NCBI RefSeq assembly: GCF_006345805.1
Contig: NC_042997.1
Location: 68,324,001 to 68,388,000 of the forward strand
Source: Octopus sinensis
Taxonomy: Eukaryota
Length of the DNA stretch: 64,000 nucleotides
Direction of reading: 5' to 3'
The notes below the pieces were generated by a model that had not been told where the DNA came from, made no database searches, and worked only from the letters and a program-made list of their open reading frames with translations. How positions within the stretch are numbered: position 1 is the stretch's first letter; each line of letters opens with the position of its first letter. Shown piece after piece: positions 51,492 through 64,000 of this stretch. A program made the translations under genes and the position numbers.

Positions 51492-53299
51492 GCAGAATTA
51501 TCCGCCAGAGCCCTATTGCTGATTGTAGAAGTATATTTTGCTCAAATTAAATTACTTAACCTTTAACAACTTTTTTCATGTGATATTACTTGTATGTAAT
51601 TGTATTTGAATATATTTTCTTTTATGATGTAACTACAAGTCTAAAGTAACATTTGTCTTTGTTTTCTGACGGGTGGAACTTTTGAGAGCTTGTGTATTCA
51701 TAATCATAATTTTTTGAATTAAGAAAATATTATATTTGCTTTACTTCGTATATTTTTTTGTAATTAAATAGTGATACGCAAACCCATTTTGTTCAGAAAA
51801 ATCTTGGCGCTGACACTTCTTATTCAGTGCTTTGGTGTATTGTCCACCATGTGAGTATGCACATTAAAGCTGACTCTAAAAAGAAATCATGTTAGTTCAA
51901 CTCTTGCATCTTCAGGAACTGCCCCTAAGACGTAATGATAATAATTGAAAAATACAATGCCACTGGAAACCGAAGGCATTTAAAGTAAATTAGTATATCC
52001 GATGAAATGAGTGGAGTGGATAGAACGAGAAAACATTCTCCCATGACATAATCAGATTCCAAGAGACATAACGGTCTTGACAGCCAAACCTGCACAATTA
52101 CAGAGCTTTGGTGTATTCAAATTTCGTGAAATTATGAGTGGGATGCCTACTTTCAGCTGCATATTGTGTTGAAGAAAATTGGGAAATTCTGTGGGAATAG
52201 TCGATAACACCATTAACATCAACTATATGATAAACTGATTTGTATTAGCTTGCTTGAGCACATCATATAGTTCAGAAGGCCAATCGTGGTTACTATTCTT
52301 CTTGAGAGGCTAGAATGAACCTTTAGTAGCAGATTCATAAGATGTGTTAATAAGTGTTTTGCATTTTTTTCTATCTCCAGCCACTCTGCCAACTAGTTGC
52401 TAAGTATTTCGGTCAAGTGAAGGAAAACTTGAAATTACAAAGAAAAAGTTTTCTATCTTCCATATTTGAAAACGTGTACTAATTTTTCTAAGACATGACA
52501 TTTAAATGTGGAATTTAATAATGACTGGATTCCAAATACACGTACGCACGCGTACAAATACACACATGCACAGACACTTAAACACACACGTGCCCAGACA
52601 CTTAAACACACACACTCTTTTCTCCCCCTCTCTCTTTCTATGTGAATGTAAATATGGGTGAGAAAGTGTGTGCAAGCGCGGAGTAAGCTCAAGGATAGCG
52701 AAGTTTGACGTGACAAATTGGTAACGTTTTTGTATCTCAGACTAACACTACTAAATAACCATTACAAATCAAACACTACTCAGTTAAAACTTTCAGATTC
52801 CTTTCATCTAACTTTAATTCCAAAGCAATTTTGAATATTTTTTTTGCACATGTATTTTTCTAGGTGCACTCTGTGTGTGAGCGCGCGTATTGATGTTATT
52901 AACATGCTATCAAAATAGCCGAAAAGAAGAGAAAATAAGAAATAAAAAGAAAAATTGCAAAGATAAGAAAATTCACGCGCGAATCTCAACGGACAACCTA
53001 TTGGAAATGTCCTGAAGTGAGAAGAAAAATGAGTTGAAACAGTAACAGTGCAGGTGTATGATAAAGAAGTGGAATATTAACGTGTCTATGTATGTATATG
53101 TGTGTGATTGTGCGTGTGTTTGTGTGTGCATGTGCGTGTGTGTGTGTATGTATGTATGCGTGTATGTATGTATGGTTTTTCTTTGAGTGTAAGTTCTTAA
53201 GGGTGTGTTCAGGTTAGTCACTAACAAAACAAGACTTTTTGAGTTAAGAAATTTCCCGGTGTTTGTATATATGTGGTTGAGTGTGTGTACGTATCTTCT

Positions 53300-53621
53300 A
53301 TTTTTTAATTATTATAAATCTTCTGCTGAGGAGGGAACCGGTTTCCAACAGAGATACAATACTCCATCTCAGGGATGTAGTTAACACAGACAAATTCACA
53401 TTTGATACTTGAGAAACGTCTTGCATATTTTTACTGTTCCACTCACGGATTGCACTTGCAATGTTCGAATTAGCCGGTCGATTTCTCTTTCTGAAAATCC
53501 CAGTTTATCCAGATTCTCGTTTAAGCATTTACTAACAAAACCTAATGCTCCAATTATTATTAGTATGAATATGAATTCATAGTCTGGATATGGAAGCTAA
53601 AGGATTCGAAGCAGTTGTCTT
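53300..53621 (-). mobile_element. 3' end of an RLE-type non-LTR retrotransposon
   Basis: Minus strand LPYPDYEFIFILIIIGALGFVSKCLNENLDKLGF..LQVQSVSGTVKICKTFLKYQM* (stop 53396-53398), then a short 3' UTR ending in taataattaaaaaa. Confidence 0.65.
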
Positions 53622-55118
53622 TAACGGTTTTGTGTTTAACGGTTTTGTGTTTAACGGGTTTGTTGTAGTGCATTGTGTATATGTGTATATAGCAATGTAC
53701 CTAGGTATGTGTGTAAGTGTGTATATATGTCTGTTTATACATATCTACGTACATATGTAAGTATATATATATATGTAGGTATGTATGTATCTGCATGTGT
53801 TTTCATATTGTGTTTATGTTCCCTATGTTATTTGTTGATGTGCATGTGTATGTGTATGTGTTTGTATGAGTTGCCACGTGTTGTGTTGTACAGCTGTATT
53901 TGTGTGTATATATGTATGTATATATGTGTGTGTATGTGCGTGTACATTGGTTTCAGTGTAGTAGTGTGCAAAATATTTTTGATATGTGTGCGTTACTTAA
54001 CTTTTTTAACATTTGTGTAACTATTTTGTAATAATGCGTAATTTTTTTTTAAGCAAGTGTGTGTGAATGTAATGAAGTATGTGTTTATATGTGCATGTGT
54101 ATTTATGTTGCTGTTGCGGCCACTCCAATTTCAAAACTCACATTTTTTTCTCAGAAGTACAGGAGTCTATTATTGTTCAGGCCCCTAAGTTACAGGAGTT
54201 CACGGAACTGTCTTCCTTCAACATGATCGCGTAGGAGGTAACTGTATATTTCGGACATAGCAACGTAAGCGAAGAGACATGGGTGAACCTATTATTAGGT
54301 TCATCTTATGACAAGCATTTAGCAATTGACTATAAACCAAAGTAGTCCTTAGAATAAAATCACATATTTTATAAGAAAATTAACGAGTTTCTTTAAGCAT
54401 CTATTGTCACACAATCATTCTTGCATTTCTTTTATTAATTCGTTTACTATTTTGTTTCTATCATTGGATTACAGCCTCATAAAGCTAAGTTAATTTTTGG
54501 TGTGAGCAGAAAACTAGTGAAAATAATCGAATAATTATAGTGAAAATACTTGACCCAGGTTTCATACTGCTACATATTTTATTGAATCGGCTGAATTGAA
54601 CACGAAATTGTAACAACTGACTAAACTATTAATATTGTAAACTATCTTGTTCAACTCATCATTATCGAATATGATGAAATCTTTTAATTCCACTACATAC
54701 ATTGCATTGCTGTTCGGTCGAATTATCAGTTTTATTTTTGTCGACGATTCTCTGATAAAATGCAAAGTCAACGTCAACAATATTTGAGCGCAGATTAATA
54801 AGATAAAATATCTGATAGAACCCACCCCACCCTACTTCTCCCATATTTAATTATGCTTAAAAACAGAACTCCAATTTTATTTAGACTATTGGTCATTCAG
54901 AAAACAATAACATTTAATTTAAAAATAAGTAGTGGGTTTATCAGTCTGTCATACACACAAATATACATGCATATTCATTACTTTAACTAAACTGACTTTC
55001 GTTTTATGGTTGATTGGTTTAGCGAATTACCAAGCAGATCGAAATCGCGTAAATAGAGGTAGACACGTTTTTAGTAATATCACCAATAATTTTTTTCTAA
55101 TTTTGGAACGAGACCAGC

Positions 55119-55285
55119 AATTTTGAGGGGAGGGAGAAGTCGATTACTTCGACCCCCAGGGCTCAGCCGGTATTTTTGACACCGAAACAATGAAAGGCAA
55201 AGTCGACATCGGCCATCGGCAGAAGGGATGCCGGGTAATCATTTTCACGAGTGCACTAACGATTTTGCCAGCTAGCTGCTTTAAT
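55119..55285 (-). mobile_element. SINE family A (diverged)
   Basis: agtcgattacttcgacccc..atgaaaggcaaagtcgac..ctaacgattttgccagct. Confidence 0.65.
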
Positions 55286-55542
55286 GATATCATCACAAAA
55301 AACACATCCAACATTAAAACGATCATTGAAACGGGAGGTGGGGAAAGTACGATTATCATATATATGTGAGTATATACACCGGACCTTATGTTTACAACGG
55401 TAAAAGAACACCTTCCTTTACATTCTATCCCGTAACTTAAACGTTCCAGAACGGTTAAGTTACGGGATGCAAGTATTATAGATCATTTTAGGCTAAGGTA
55501 ATATGCAAAATAATATGCATAATATGTTTGGGAGTTTCTGTA

Positions 55543-55760
55543 CAAGAGGGTGTTAAAAAGTTCCTATCTTTAAGGGTATTGGGAAATGTTTGGTTGGAAG
55601 CCCAACCTTCCGAGTTCATTTACGGGGATTAGAAACACTGAAGGATCGATAACAATAAGTGTGTGAATCTGAGAAGGGAATACGTTGGACAAAATCATAA
55701 TCAACCGATCCTCCAGTATTTTCTTTTACTCAAAGCCAGGAAATTTTCAGCACCTCCTTG
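55543..55760 (+). mobile_element. mariner-derived MITE, 218 bp
   Basis: TA|caagagggtgttaaaaagttcc ... ggaaattttcagcacctccttg|TA; retains transposase end KCVNLRREYV. Confidence 0.7.
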
Positions 55761-57084
55761 TAAATATATTGTTTATGAAACGCTTTTAATTGTTCTAACA
55801 GGTGTTTCGTTTACATTAAACTTTTTCACACTTTGTGGTGAACTCTTCCATTTTGAAGTAAATTTAATAATTTCATTTTCATTTCTAGACAACTCGATTT
55901 TCATATTTGATGTTTGAAACGTTACTATTCAATCGCGAAAATATTTATCTAATTATTCAAAATAAAACTAACATAGAAGCTATTTTAGCGTGTGGTCCAC
56001 CTCACAATGACTGAAGTGAAATGAAAGAAAATCGATAAGTTCAATCGGCTATGATGAATGATATAATTTAATTACATATCGATGGCTGGAATTGATAGAA
56101 TACTCGGGTTTGGAAGTGTCTGTATAATACTGTATGCCTGTCTTTTTTTCCTTCTTTCTGTTTGTATGCCTGTCTATGTATGTATATATGTATGTATACC
56201 CAAGACATATCCTGCGTATATCATTAAACTGTATCTGGGTATGTCATTAAATTGTGGTGGGGTTCCTGTTCGGGAGTTCAGGAGTTGCGGGGAGCGTAGA
56301 GTTACCTATTAATTATTACCATTATTCCCAGCGCCATTCTGTCTCCGCTCCCATCTTTCATTAAATAGATTTCCTTGGGTTATAGGAGGCTCCCTTTGTT
56401 TTGACAAAGCTGTAGGGAAGGTAGTTCTTCAGGTGAAAGATACTGTGACATAAAACTTAAGATCAACATAATATCACTCATCTTGTAATGCTTGTCACTG
56501 GAACCTATTACAGCCGCCAAGGAAGTGGCAAAAGTATTCTACAAGCTTTTGTCACTTAACTCCAATGATGTACAGGTGTCACACTATCATTTTATTACTT
56601 GATCCGTTTTGTATTTCATAAAGTTCTATGATGAAGGATATGTGGTGTGAAAAGTCATATCCATGCACATTCAGGGATGAAAGAAAATTAGAACAATCGG
56701 ACTGAATGTGAAACGGCTATCATCTAACATGAAGCAATCATCATGTATGTATACATATGTAAAAATCACCACGTATTTTATTTCCAATATATGTAACTTT
56801 CCTTTTTTACTTTCTTTGTTGAATATATAACTATATTCTCTTCGTAAAACAGTGAGTCATGTACTTTTCATAATAAAACATGAAAGGCAATAGAATTGTA
56901 TGTGGCTTGTATGAGTCATTAACTCAATAAAAATTTTAGGCATTTTAGTTTCGTTTTGATTTTATTTACTTGCATAGATTTTAATTCTTAGGATTTCTAT
57001 CAAAAACATGCTCTATATTATTCACTAGTAGTTACTATTTTGCTTCACTTCTTTTTGTTTCTAGACCTCTTTAATCGTACTTAT

Positions 57085-57104
57085 TTTGTTTCATTTTTTT
57101 CTAG
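57085..57104 (+). promoter_or_regulatory. Candidate 3' splice acceptor of the coding exon
   Basis: ttttgtttcattttttt ctAG|G at 57104, 177 nt upstream of the ATG; a second candidate tttgtttctAG ends at 57064. Confidence 0.55.
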
Positions 57105-57281
57105 GTTGTTTGGACGACGATCTCATCCATCTTTGGCCCAAGCTCAAATAAAGTGCTGTCATCCACTGATTCCTTACAACCATATCTACAAATAAAAGTG
57201 TAGGAAAATCTGACTACTTGTGTGGATCCTATACGTTGCCTTCGGAAGGCAATAAACTCTATATGTTTTGTGTCTTTCAAG

Positions 57282-58604
57282 ATGGCATTTTGTCGGTGCT
57301 TCAACAAACGAATTTTCAACTGGAAGATAGCAGTTTCGTTCATGTGTTTAGTTACAATTTACTTCTATTTGTATCAAAATGTCAACTCCGTGTTCGGTCA
57401 CCCTCACCTGTTCCGGTCTCTTATTCATGTTATGAATAAAAACTCGCCGTTTGATCCACATGTCTTATCTAAAGTCCTTAAATCAAACGGCGACAACAAC
57501 ACTTTATTGCGATACCTTGTGACACCATCATCGATCTCTAACCATACTTTGAGTAATAACGTCACATCAATATCAACCAGGTTAAAATATCAAGCGCCTA
57601 ATGAGTCTACTAATGAAGCAAAAGTACGTCCAGGTATGATCGATGATGACAAGTCGAACCTATCCTCTAGTAAAGAGAATACAACAGAAGACCCAGTAAA
57701 TCATATATTAGAACAATTAATTGATATAAAAAATATATCTTCATTAGAAGAATATCGCACATTGTTAAGTTTAAATAAAACCTTACCTTTGCTAACACTT
57801 TTTACAACAATGAAAGTTATGAAAGCAAAATTCATAGCCTACAATAATACTCTGAAAAACTGGAAAAAACTAATACCTTTTGTTCCGGCTCCAATAGTAT
57901 TCAGCAGTGATAGTTACTTGATTAAACAGTGTGAGTCAGATGGCTGGAAAGCATTACCAATTCGGCGAATAGCCGCTGGTGGTGCTCCAGTTCTGAAAGA
58001 TATGTATAAAGATGCTATGTCTAAGTTTTCAACATTATTTTATGCTTATTCAAATGCAGATATTTTATTCGATGATAGTCTTTTACAAGCACTTTGGCTT
58101 ACGGCTAAAACTCAAGATCTCAGTAAACCTTTATTAATTATGGGAATTCGGACTAACGTATTAAATGTCATGCCTCACGAAGTAATTACCTGGAGTGCTA
58201 TGAAGAGCACTGCTAAAAGGCGCGGAAAACATTTTCTTCGAAATGCTGAAGACTATTTCATTACGTCATACAGTTATCCTTGGAATACTATACCGGACGT
58301 AGTAATTGGTCGAAGAGCATACGATAACTGGCTAGTATTAAATGCTCGCAAACAGAAACACAATTTGATAGATGCGTCGGACACCGTCCTAGCTCTTCAT
58401 CAAACCACAAAGGCCGGAAACTTCGAGGGTCACCGCCACAGGGATGGCAATTACAATTTACGGTTGTTGAGTCGCCGCTTTGGGAAGATCCATTATGGAG
58501 CTGGTTCAACCATATGCGCTTCACTAAAGACTAGTCGCCAAGCAGACGGCAACATTACTCTCACAAGACGGACGAAACTGATGAATCTGTGCTTTCCTAT
58601 TTGA
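57282..58604 (+). CDS. Uncharacterised 440-aa type II membrane protein, putative glycosyltransferase-like
   Basis: Uninterrupted ORF in non-repetitive DNA; ATG in strong context (aagATGg); N-terminal TM IAVSFMCLVTIYFYLY; low-complexity stem with many N-x-S/T sequons; globular domain with YAYSNADILFDD, GIRTN, AEDYF, VIGRRAYDNWLV, IDASDTVLALHQT. The GT function is inference. Confidence 0.85.
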   Translation: MAFCRCFNKRIFNWKIAVSFMCLVTIYFYLYQNVNSVFGHPHLFRSLIHVMNKNSPFDPHVLSKVLKSNGDNNTLLRYLVTPSSISNHTLSNNVTSISTRLKYQAPNESTNEAKVRPGMIDDDKSNLSSSKENTTEDPVNHILEQLIDIKNISSLEEYRTLLSLNKTLPLLTLFTTMKVMKAKFIAYNNTLKNWKKLIPFVPAPIVFSSDSYLIKQCESDGWKALPIRRIAAGGAPVLKDMYKDAMSKFSTLFYAYSNADILFDDSLLQALWLTAKTQDLSKPLLIMGIRTNVLNVMPHEVITWSAMKSTAKRRGKHFLRNAEDYFITSYSYPWNTIPDVVIGRRAYDNWLVLNARKQKHNLIDASDTVLALHQTTKAGNFEGHRHRDGNYNLRLLSRRFGKIHYGAGSTICASLKTSRQADGNITLTRRTKLMNLCFPI

Positions 58605-59490
58605 AAGGCATGGGTTGGGTCTATTTTCCTTATTTGAGATTTAATGGGCATAGTGTGAGAAATGGGAATTTCTTAAGACACATTTAAAATAGTGAAAATA
58701 ACAAATGAAACACTTTGAAACCATTCCACTTCATGTTATAAGTGGGTATTGGGAGCATTTGTCCGTTCATCATTATTAAACAAAGTGGTGGAAAGTGTTC
58801 ATTATGGCATATCATTTAAGAATCATCATTGGTGCATCAGTTTATTTTTATTATTCATTTTGTAATGATTTATTGTAACTTTTATGTTGGGAAAATTTGT
58901 TGGGAGGTCATGACCTTTCTCGTGTATATATGAATGGGAAGAAAAGTAATTAAACTAAAACGGGAAAGAAAATCTTTTCTTTTGATTTGTCTCAGACAAA
59001 AGTGTAAATAATAAAAATGTGACAGTAAAACATTATGCGCTTATCAAATTCTGTACAGGAAGATAATGTTGTTTGCTTCTTAAAGTTCATTGAAACTGAA
59101 ACTATCTTTTCTGACAGTGATCATGCATCTGATTGAGAACGTCTACAATATATTGTTCTTATAGGTAGGTAATACACAGCAAACCTGCGATATGGAAGCT
59201 TCACTGAAGAAATATCACTGCAATCGGATTTTATTTTTAGCGAGGATAATCGTGTTTCGTTACTAAAAATATGTGTATTTCTTCTTCATTAAGGTCAGAT
59301 ATGTAATAATATCTGTTATAATTAAAAATACCAGAAACTTCATCCGGAAAACATACCCGAAAGATATACTTCTCCTGTCTCTACTATGATTGCTTTCCCC
59401 TCGAAATTCTAAAACCTAATTGAAATCGTCGACGTGTATGTATGTATGTATTTATGTATAACTTAACTGAAACGTCGGATAAATTTCCAT

Positions 59491-59521
<31 letters not shown>

Positions 59522-59564
59522 CACACACATACATACACACACACGCACACACACACACACACAT

Positions 59565-59595
<31 letters not shown>

Positions 59596-59609
59596 CACAC
59601 ATATATATA

Positions 59610-62057
59610 TATATACCTCACCCTAAGTCGTTAATTGGTTCCAGGAGACACGGCTTAAATCGAATTAACTTGTCTCTAGGCTAAACCGTAATAACCATTT
59701 CCAGTTCTGTACTTTATTTATGAATGCATTTTCAATAATACACGATTAATAAAAACCTCTTTTAAGCTTACAAACAAATAATTTCAATACAGTAGAGTAA
59801 AAGAAATCTAAATTTACGAATACAATTTGGAGGTGTTTACCACACATCGGACGCTTTATTCATGAAAGCGGTTTGCAATACAACATGGTAAAATAATAGC
59901 CTTTTTTAAGCTTAAGAAATAAATTCAGTAATTATTATTATTTTGCAATAGTAAGAAAACGAAATTATTTTAAATTTATCAATACAATTTAGTGGTTTAC
60001 ATCGTGGATGTAGATGCGGATCATCAACATCAACAGCTGATTCTGGCTGTTCTCGTTGTTCAATGCGCTAAAAAATCCAGTTGAGAGTTCCTTGAACTGT
60101 CTTTTTCTTTTCTTCAAGGATTACATTATAAGGAGCAAAAGGTTTGTGACAGGCCCCCATAATCTTCGAAAAGCTTTGAGCATTTAGATCCATATCCTCG
60201 AACATAGAAAGACCTTTTTCGATATATGCAAATGCTTGCTGCATTTTCTTAATGATAAAGTGACAAGGCTCAGGCTCGACTTTCTCTCCTTCTTAATTTT
60301 GCTGCTCGTGAAGTTCTCTCAAACCCTCGTTCGTCAGGGGCTGCTTGTCTTTTTCAAATAAATCTGTGAAATCCTCCTCCCCCAAATCCGTTTCCAGTTC
60401 TTTGCTCGTAGTTACCAACGTTTTGTTGATGGCAACATCAAACCCCTTAAAATCATTCACGAATTGCAGGCAAAGCTTCTTCCATACACCATTCATAGCC
60501 GTGCTCTGTACACCATTCCATGTCGTTGCTATGTTCTGTACGACTTTGTAGATATCGTATATCTTCCAAAAGTCACGAAATATGATGGATTCATCAAAAT
60601 CAGTTGCAGCCATTGCTCGCTGCGGTGTACGCTTCACATAGTAACGCTTCAAGATAGCAATTATTCCCTTGATCCATTGCCTGCAGAAGAGACGTGGTGT
60701 TGGGAGGAAGGTATACGACGGTAACGTTGGGGTTAAAATCTACGATGTTTTGCGGGTGGCCAGGAGCATTATCTAAGATAAGTAAAACCTTAAAAAGAAT
60801 TCCCTCCTCCTTACAGTACTTCCCTGCTGCTGGGATAAAATGATTGAAGAACTAATCTTCAAAAACAACAGTAACCCATGCTTTTGAATTAGTCATCCAT
60901 ACAACAGGGTATGTTCTTCAGGGCACGGGGTTTGTGTGCATGATACAGAAGCAATGGCTTTAACTTAAAATCTCCTGCACAATTACCTCCCAACATAATG
61001 GTCACACGTTCTTTTGCGACCTTGTAGGCTGGAATAGTTTTCTCCTCCTTGGAGATGAATGGACAGTCCGGCAATTTTTTCCAATACATTCCAGACTTGC
61101 CTACCTTAAAAATCTGTTCGGGAAGAAACCCGTTTTCTTCGATGATTTTCTTCAATGCATTAGGAAATTCCACTCCTGCTTGTTCGTCAGCTGATACACT
61201 TTCACCTTGCTTCTAAATTGACTGATAACTTCTTCGCTTCTTAAATCTCATGAACCATACTTGACTTGCCTTGAACTCTACATCTTTGTCATCTGGATAT
61301 TTTTTTCTTCAGGTCCTCAAACAAAGACAACACTTTCTCTCGAATGATTTCTTGACCAATAGTAGCCCGTTGACGATTCAACCTAACAATCCAAAGAGAA
61401 AGAAGACTTTCCATTTCTTGAAAAATTTTGTCTCTTTTCTTACTGATGACAGTGTTATTCATCTCTGGGGCTTTACATTTAATGTGCTAAAATCTTCTTC
61501 ACTTTTTTCATGGCGTTTTATCATAGCCAGTTTATCTTCCAGCATTATGGCACTTTCACTATGAATTTTCTTAGGAGCCATGGGGACAACAAATAGTCAC
61601 AAATGAATGAGAATGAGAAAATAGCCGATAAACAGACGCAAGCAAATCTGAATTCAAAACAATCGCAGGAATCACAAGTGAGAACGACGCCTAATGGTAG
61701 ATATTGGAGCTACAATCTAATATGAGCTCCGAAAGACCGATAAATTAGATAGCAAAGTTGATTACATGGTTTCGTTCACTAAGCTACACTACTTTCTGGT
61801 GTGTATCTTAACATTTACTGTACGTATTTTAATATTATTTTATATGCTTTTTATTCTTATTTATTGTACAGTAACATGATTTTATGTGCTTTTAACGGTT
61901 TTCTAGTGAATTTACGATTCCAGTATTTATGGCGGACAGACGTAAAATCGAGTAAAATGGCTGAACTTGATTATTATTTTTCCATATATTATTTTTGAAA
62001 ACCGACGTATAATCGAAAACTATTTAAATCGAAACGACTTAAGTCGAGGTATGCCTA
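59610..62057 (-). mobile_element. Tigger/pogo-family transposon, ~2.45 kb, decayed
   Basis: Ends tacctcaccctaagtcgtt (59614) and cgacttaagtcgaggtatgcct (62056); transposase from ATG 61581: MAPKK.., FKASQVWFMRFK, PEQIFKVGKSGMYWKK.P..FISKEEK, KLKPLLLYH, FWKIYDI, MNGVWKKL. Confidence 0.88.
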
Positions 62058-62065
62058 TATATACA

Positions 62066-62153
<88 letters not shown>

Positions 62154-62219
62154 AAATTTTTACTAATTTATTACCAGTGGCCTACATGTATAAAAAGTTA
62201 ATAAATGACATATTATTCA

Positions 62220-62528
62220 ATATAAAATAGTGTACATTTAAACACAAAGAGAAATTTACCTTTAACAGGTAATTTCTACACGCTAGGAGACAGTCAAAAA
62301 CGACTTAAGACCACAAAAAATTTAAGCAATTTCAAAGGGAACGAAAAATAGCAACTTTTACCTTTTGTTTTTTTTTTTAGCTTGTAAGGTAAAAGTTTTT
62401 ATGTTTCATTCCCTTTGAAATTGCTTAAATTTTTTGTGGTCTTAAGTCGTTTTCGACTGTCTCCTAGCGTGTAGGAATGACCTATTACAGGTAAATTTCG
62501 TTGTGTTTAAATGTACACTATTTTATAT
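62220..62528. repeat. Inverted repeat, ~145-bp arms with 21-nt T-rich loop
   Basis: 62220-62364 vs 62386-62528; central ~70 bp nearly perfect; (TA)n nearby on the left and directly adjacent on the right. Confidence 0.92.
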
Positions 62529-62531
62529 ATA

Positions 62532-62566
<35 letters not shown>

Positions 62567-62652
62567 TTATAAATACAGAGGTGCACACACACACAGACAT
62601 ACACAGACACAGACACACACACACACACAGACACACACACACACACACACAC

Positions 62653-62707
<55 letters not shown>

Positions 62708-63444
62708 ACACTGAAACTCTTTTCTAATTATATTCTCGATTGAATGTAAATCGTTTATTTAATTTTTTTTGTCAAATTCCCGTTGAATACGATCAGTCAA
62801 AAAACTTTTGTACTCATAATTTCATATTTCATATTTTCTTTCTAATGTACGAACACGTTCATTTCTTTTCTATCGGCAACTTAATTTGTATTGGCTACTT
62901 CATGTTGTCCATTCTTGATTTTATTGATTCTGTCTCACTTTATTTCATAATATGCTGCATTGATTCATTTCGCCTTGGTTCCATTATACTTGCTTTACAT
63001 AAGATATTGTCACTGGTAGATTATAAAGTTAGTGCTCATAGAGTATTTTATCATTTATTTTATAGTATCGTTATAGACTATTTGATAATTTAAGCAATGC
63101 ACCATAACAAGATTGAACACAGTAATTTACTTGTTACTTGCAGGTTATATTGGTTCTTCTATATTTTCTCACAAAGTCTGTCATTAGTTAATGGCTAATC
63201 CAAAACAGATTTACGATGCTAGGTTTCAACTGTATGCAGTAATTGATGAATTTTTACAATATCTAACTTCAATAGAATTAAGTTATTATTTCAAATAACT
63301 GAATAATTTAAAGCTAAGTTTACATGAAAATTAGTCAAATTGGTTTACTAGCCGTATCAATGGCAAATAAGGACGAATATTATGAATTACATCATGAATG
63401 TAAAGCATATAAAATTCATTTTTCTGCTAACTTTTATCCCTTAC

Positions 63445-63760
63445 TTCTTCTTTCTGTCATTAGAGCGCGACCATGCTGAGGCATCACCTTGAGTAACTTT
63501 TATTCTAATAATTGAACCCGAGTTTTTTTAGCCTTTGCCGAATCGCTAAGTTATGGGGACGTAAAGGCACCAACACGGTGTAAGGTAGACAAATACATAC
63601 ACACACGTATGTATAGATATATACGACGGGCTTCTTTCTGTTTCCGTCTACCAAGTTTACTCACAAAACTTTGGTCAACTCAAGGGTATAGTAGTAGACA
63701 TTTTCTCAAGGTGCAACGCAGTGGGACTGAACCCGGAACCACACAGCCACGCCGGCGCCT
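63445..63760 (-). mobile_element. SINE family B
   Basis: atacgacgggcttctttc.gtttccgtctacc..gcagtgggactgaacccggaacc. Confidence 0.8.
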
Positions 63761-64000
63761 GATATTTATGGTAGCGATATTTCAATTATATTTTTCGGTA
63801 AGATACATGTATTTCTTCAAAATATTATTTTCATATATTCCTACAAGTTTCTTTCACCTCTGAATTATGATTCATTACTGTGACTAGTAGAATGGAGAGT
63901 TAGAAATGTTAGTATAAAATATTAAAGTCCGCATAGTATTAAGTGTTCTACCTCTATATTTTGATTCCAAGTCTTTGGGTTAAGTTTGTCCTAGATTGAT

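Noticed and set aside
57222-57281. N-terminal extension from the GTG start in the ORF track
   Set aside because: The ATG at 57282 has strong context and gives a typical short cytoplasmic tail; GTG starts are unlikely here

Overview
AT-rich, microsatellite-dense animal genomic DNA, not prokaryotic. The SINE, LINE and DNA-transposon families and the (TA)n/(TACA)n load suggest a coleoid cephalopod, probably Octopus (inference). Most of the window is decayed mobile DNA: several tRNA-derived SINE families, RTE-clade LINEs, R4/Dong-type RLE LINE fragments, Penelope-like elements (PLEs), and Tc1, mariner, maT (DD37D) and Tigger/pogo transposons. One convincing host CDS is present: a 440-aa single-exon type II membrane protein resembling an uncharacterised glycosyltransferase (57282-58604). 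There is also an intronless PPM1A/B (PP2C) pseudogene wedged between a Tc1 element and a PLE. The most interesting non-coding signals are: (i) several minimal type I hammerhead-ribozyme motifs, including a 307-nt tandem retrozyme-like unit and a G3:C8 core-swapped variant inside a 280-bp palindrome; (ii) a ~555-bp non-coding element found only in (AAT)n tracts next to a Dong-like LINE; (iii) several long fold-back structures. No rRNA, true tRNA gene or CRISPR array was seen. Boundaries of decayed elements are approximate and were read by eye; some frameshifts in homopolymers or microsatellites could be sequencing errors.
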